The position numbers were made by a program, and so were the translations under genes. 63,940 nucleotides of DNA from an uncultured Candidatus Saccharibacteria bacterium (lineage in GTDB: Bacteria; Patescibacteriota; Minisyncoccia; Phycocordibacterales; PALSA-1337): assembly GCA_964542675.1 (NCBI GenBank), contig CAZIUH010000001.1:1-63940 (forward strand), given 5' to 3'. This document shows positions 61,190-63,940 of the stretch, in pieces; the stretch's first letter is position 1; every line of letters begins with the position of its first letter. A model generated the notes under the pieces. The model was not told the origin of the DNA and did not search any database. It worked only from the letters and a program-made list of their open reading frames with translations.

Positions 61190-62644
61190 CTAATTTGTTA
61201 GTATGTTTATTATCTGTTCTATCATTCCACGAAATCCGTGCGAGCCAAGAAAAACGATAATATCACCCCTCTTTGTCTCGGTTGTCAGAAATGCGACTAA
61301 ACTTTCATCATTGTCAATATACCGAACATTCGGATGCGTTTTTCCAATCGTCCTTGTCAATCCATCACCTTCTATTGGTTGTTCGAACTCATTCTCGGAA
61401 ACTTTGAGTTTTGTAAGACGAGGAATTATAACCATATCCGCATCCTTGAAAGCGTTGTCATATTTGGCGACTGATTCACGACTTCTGCCGCCGATATTCG
61501 GTTCGAAGACGGCGATAACTTTGCCATTGTGGATTTCTCTCAAATTTTTAAGAACAGAAGACGCTTTTTCCGGAGAATGGGCAATGTCGTCGAAAACTGT
61601 TATCCCAATCGACTTGAGGTTCGATCCCGTATTATGAGATTGAATCTTGGAAATCATTTCACCGTCAAGCCTTTTTTCAAGTCGACGTTTTAAGCCTTGG
61701 AATTCGCCAATAGCTTTGACTATCACATCTGAAGAAATCCCGACACTATGTGCCATGGCAAAACAACCGCAAATATTTTCCGCCTGGAATGCGCCTATCA
61801 TCGGTGAATGAATCTTTTTCGGGAGGTGACACCTCCCGGTAATGGTGAAATCGAGCCCGTTTTTTGTTTGTCGGACGCTTTCATATGTGTAATCTGCGTT
61901 TTTTTTACCATATGAGATAATTTTACCCTTGAATTTCGGAATGAGTTTCATTACGCCATTATGATCGGTATTGGCGACGATGAAACCGGTTTCCGGTAAA
62001 GAAGAAATCAATTTTTCAAATACATTGAAATAATTTTTTTCCGTGGGGTATAGGTCGGCATGGTCCCAGGAAATAGCGGTAAGCAATAAATGGGTCGGCT
62101 TGTAGTAAAAAAACTTCGCGGTCGGATCTGTCGGCGAACTCTTGTACTCATCACCTTCGAAAACACTCCATTTACTATCAGTCAATTTTGCCGATGATTT
62201 ATGCGAAAGAGAAACGCCACCGAACATATAACTCGGGTCAAAATCAGCTCTTTCTAGAATAAATGAAAGCATAGCGGAAGATGAAGTTTTCCCCCAGGTT
62301 CCGACACAGACAAGTGATTTCTCTTTTGCAAAGTATTTTCCAATGGCTTCGGCGAATGAATACATCGGAATATTATTCGATTTCGCGTACGCGGTCTCCG
62401 GATTTTGGCTTCCTGAAGCGGTACCAACGACGATAACATCCGGCTTGCCATCTTCTATCATCTTTTCCGGATGCCAGCCGGCGTAAAAGGACACTCCATG
62501 TTTTTCAAGTTCAGTAGAAATAGGAGGAAAGAAGCCTTTGTCGCTTCCCGTAACTTTGACCCCTTTCTCATAAAAGGCAATAGCTAAAGCGCTTGTCGCC
62601 ACGCCGCAAACGCCTATAACATGGATTTTTTTAGGAAGTTGCAT
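61190..62644 (-). CDS. Mur ligase family protein (MurC/Mpl-like)
   Basis: IHVIGVCGVATSALA...GVKVTGSDKGFFPPISTELEKHG (Mpl-like), P-loop VGTWGKTSS. Confidence 0.8.
   Translation of the reverse strand: MQLPKKIHVIGVCGVATSALAIAFYEKGVKVTGSDKGFFPPISTELEKHGVSFYAGWHPEKMIEDGKPDVIVVGTASGSQNPETAYAKSNNIPMYSFAEAIGKYFAKEKSLVCVGTWGKTSSSAMLSFILERADFDPSYMFGGVSLSHKSSAKLTDSKWSVFEGDEYKSSPTDPTAKFFYYKPTHLLLTAISWDHADLYPTEKNYFNVFEKLISSLPETGFIVANTDHNGVMKLIPKFKGKIISYGKKNADYTYESVRQTKNGLDFTITGRCHLPKKIHSPMIGAFQAENICGCFAMAHSVGISSDVIVKAIGEFQGLKRRLEKRLDGEMISKIQSHNTGSNLKSIGITVFDDIAHSPEKASSVLKNLREIHNGKVIAVFEPNIGGRSRESVAKYDNAFKDADMVIIPRLTKLKVSENEFEQPIEGDGLTRTIGKTHPNVRYIDNDESLVAFLTTETKRGDIIVFLGSHGFRGMIEQIINILTN
61820..61838. 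repeat. palindromic motif, copy 4 (19-nt perfect palindrome cgggaggtgacacctcccg) inside the Mur ligase CDS
   Basis: Exact motif. Translated as ..TGRCHLP.. Confidence 0.9.
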
Positions 62645-62722
62645 TATTCTATTATACAGAAAAGAACTTGAAATAAAAGGTGAAATGATTAGAAACTACT
62701 CGTGATCTCATGCGGAAATTGA

Positions 62723-63445
62723 TTATTTATCTGCTTGGTTCAGAATCTTTTTGACCTTCTCAATATCATCCGACCACGCCTTACCATCAAACCATTCAAG
62801 ACCTTCAAATTGAAGTTTATAAGTATCTGTTGGACGCTGGAGAGAGCCGAGATAAACATATGAAAGTCCGCGCGACTTGGCGTCCACGATAACTTTGTTC
62901 ATCATTATAAGTCCCATGTCTTTTGGTGCTTGTTCCAGATCATAAAAAGGATATGAATAGTGGATCATTGAAGGATTTTCATAGGAGATCGCATAACCGT
63001 GGGGAATATTATTGGTAAAATTCATATTTGCGAAACCATTTTTATCTTCGCCCTTTTCCACTTTTTCATTTGAATAATTTCCTTCTTTGAATATTAAAAG
63101 AGTATTGAAACCCTGATCCGAAGCGATAAGTTCCTTGATCTTATTCGCAGAAAAAGAACTGCCTACTTTTTTCTCATAAAAAGACTTCGCCATTTTCGCG
63201 ATCTTCCAATTATAATTTTCGTAAGGAATAGGTGACTTTTCAATGACGACGGACTCACCTTTTCGAATAATTCGGCGGTTTTCACTGCTCAGTCTGAATT
63301 TTTTCAAATCAATCCTGAGGCTGCGAGTCTGATGCATTACGCCCTTACCGAGACGATTGAATACATATCCGCACGAATACATATCCGAGACATTCCTGTC
63401 GGAAAAATCAGTTACGATTTTTTCATTCCAGTGTAAATATTTCAT
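62723..63445 (-). CDS. arginyl/leucyl-tRNA--protein transferase-like (ATE/Bpt family)
   Basis: C-terminal GLSYVYLGSLQRPTDTYKLQFEGLEWFDGKAW resembles the Bpt/ATE_C YLGYW...YK..F.P.E motif. Confidence 0.55.
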   Translation of the reverse strand: MKYLHWNEKIVTDFSDRNVSDMYSCGYVFNRLGKGVMHQTRSLRIDLKKFRLSSENRRIIRKGESVVIEKSPIPYENYNWKIAKMAKSFYEKKVGSSFSANKIKELIASDQGFNTLLIFKEGNYSNEKVEKGEDKNGFANMNFTNNIPHGYAISYENPSMIHYSYPFYDLEQAPKDMGLIMMNKVIVDAKSRGLSYVYLGSLQRPTDTYKLQFEGLEWFDGKAWSDDIEKVKKILNQADK

Positions 63446-63484
63446 AAAATCCTAGATTCCCGCTTCCGCGGGAATGATATATGA

Positions 63485-63940
63485 TTAGTGTAACGCCAGC
63501 CAAAATCCGAACACGACGAAAACAAAATGTACCATCCAAAACCGCATAACCGTTTTTTCCTCGCTCCAGCCCTTGAGCTCAAAGTGATGATGCAATGGCG
63601 CCATCCTGAATACGCGTCGGCCGAATAAATATTTTGAAAAGACTTGAATGATAACGGAAAACGCTTCAACGTAAAAGATAAAGCCCAAGAAAAATAAAGC
63701 GCTGAGTTCTCCGATCGCCATCGCGTTCACCGCCAAAAGTGCGCCTAGACCCAACGACCCCACATCGCCCATCATGAACCTGGCAGGTTTAATATTGAAA
63801 TACGTATAAGAGGCAAGCGCGCCGACTGTCGTGGCGTTCAGAACCGCGATCTCACCAAAACCATTAATCCAACTCAAAATAGTCAAAGCGCTAAATGTTG
63901 TGATAAGCATACCGCCGGCCAAACCATCCATGCCGTCGGC
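63485..63940 (-). CDS. mraY: phospho-N-acetylmuramoyl-pentapeptide transferase, N-terminus beyond window
   Basis: DGLAGG, MGDVGSLGLGALLA, FRMAPLHHHFELKGWSE. Frame is open to the window end. Confidence 0.9.
   Translation of the reverse strand, partial: ADGMDGLAGGMLITTFSALTILSWINGFGEIAVLNATTVGALASYTYFNIKPARFMMGDVGSLGLGALLAVNAMAIGELSALFFLGFIFYVEAFSVIIQVFSKYLFGRRVFRMAPLHHHFELKGWSEEKTVMRFWMVHFVFVVFGFWLALH

Overview
This 63.9 kb window looks like a Candidate Phyla Radiation / Patescibacteria-type bacterium, which is an inference from low GC, standard genetic code, small gene set and no Shine-Dalgarno use. Ordinary content includes rplJ-rplL, secDF, rpsP-KH-trmD, rpoB-rpoC, dnaG, radC, murD, a murC/mpl-like ligase, mraY, ftsW/rodA, a glycosylation cluster, pyruvate kinase, two tRNAs and several large secreted or membrane proteins. 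The rRNA genes are unlinked and heavily interrupted. The 23S rRNA (about 7770-14034) carries a helix-25 intervening sequence plus three group-I-like introns, two of them with LAGLIDADG ORFs, and is followed by the 5S rRNA. The 16S rRNA lies 13 kb downstream (about 27366-31985). It carries three LAGLIDADG-encoding introns and its 3' tail lacks CCUCC. A complete diversity-generating retroelement sits at 32.3-36.9 kb. Its VR and TR differ at 10 positions, all at TR adenines. It has an Avd-like gene, an embedded hicBA pair, a convergent RT, and a (TG)14 tract inside the RT 5' coding region. The most unusual locus is 51358-54222, inserted between rpoC and dnaG. It holds two tandem ~530-nt modules of about 11 hairpins each. 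The stems and three GNRA-capped hairpins are conserved between the copies. The seven other hairpin loops are hypervariable. Six of them are exactly 29 nt and built as T-N9-[nTGnTTCTA]-N9-T. This array lies directly upstream of a 428-441 aa ORF whose C-terminus resembles IS110/IS1111-family DEDD recombinases. Two of the variable loops copy sequences at the module boundaries. I propose this as a candidate multi-loop guide-RNA (bridge-RNA-like) plus recombinase system, which is hypothesis only. Other repeats are noted: a 17-nt palindrome GGAGGTGTCACCTCCCG (4 copies, all apparently in frame where coding), a hairpin repeat inserted in frame in dnaG, GAATTAN heptad repeats, and a duplicated tRNA-Ile 3' end.
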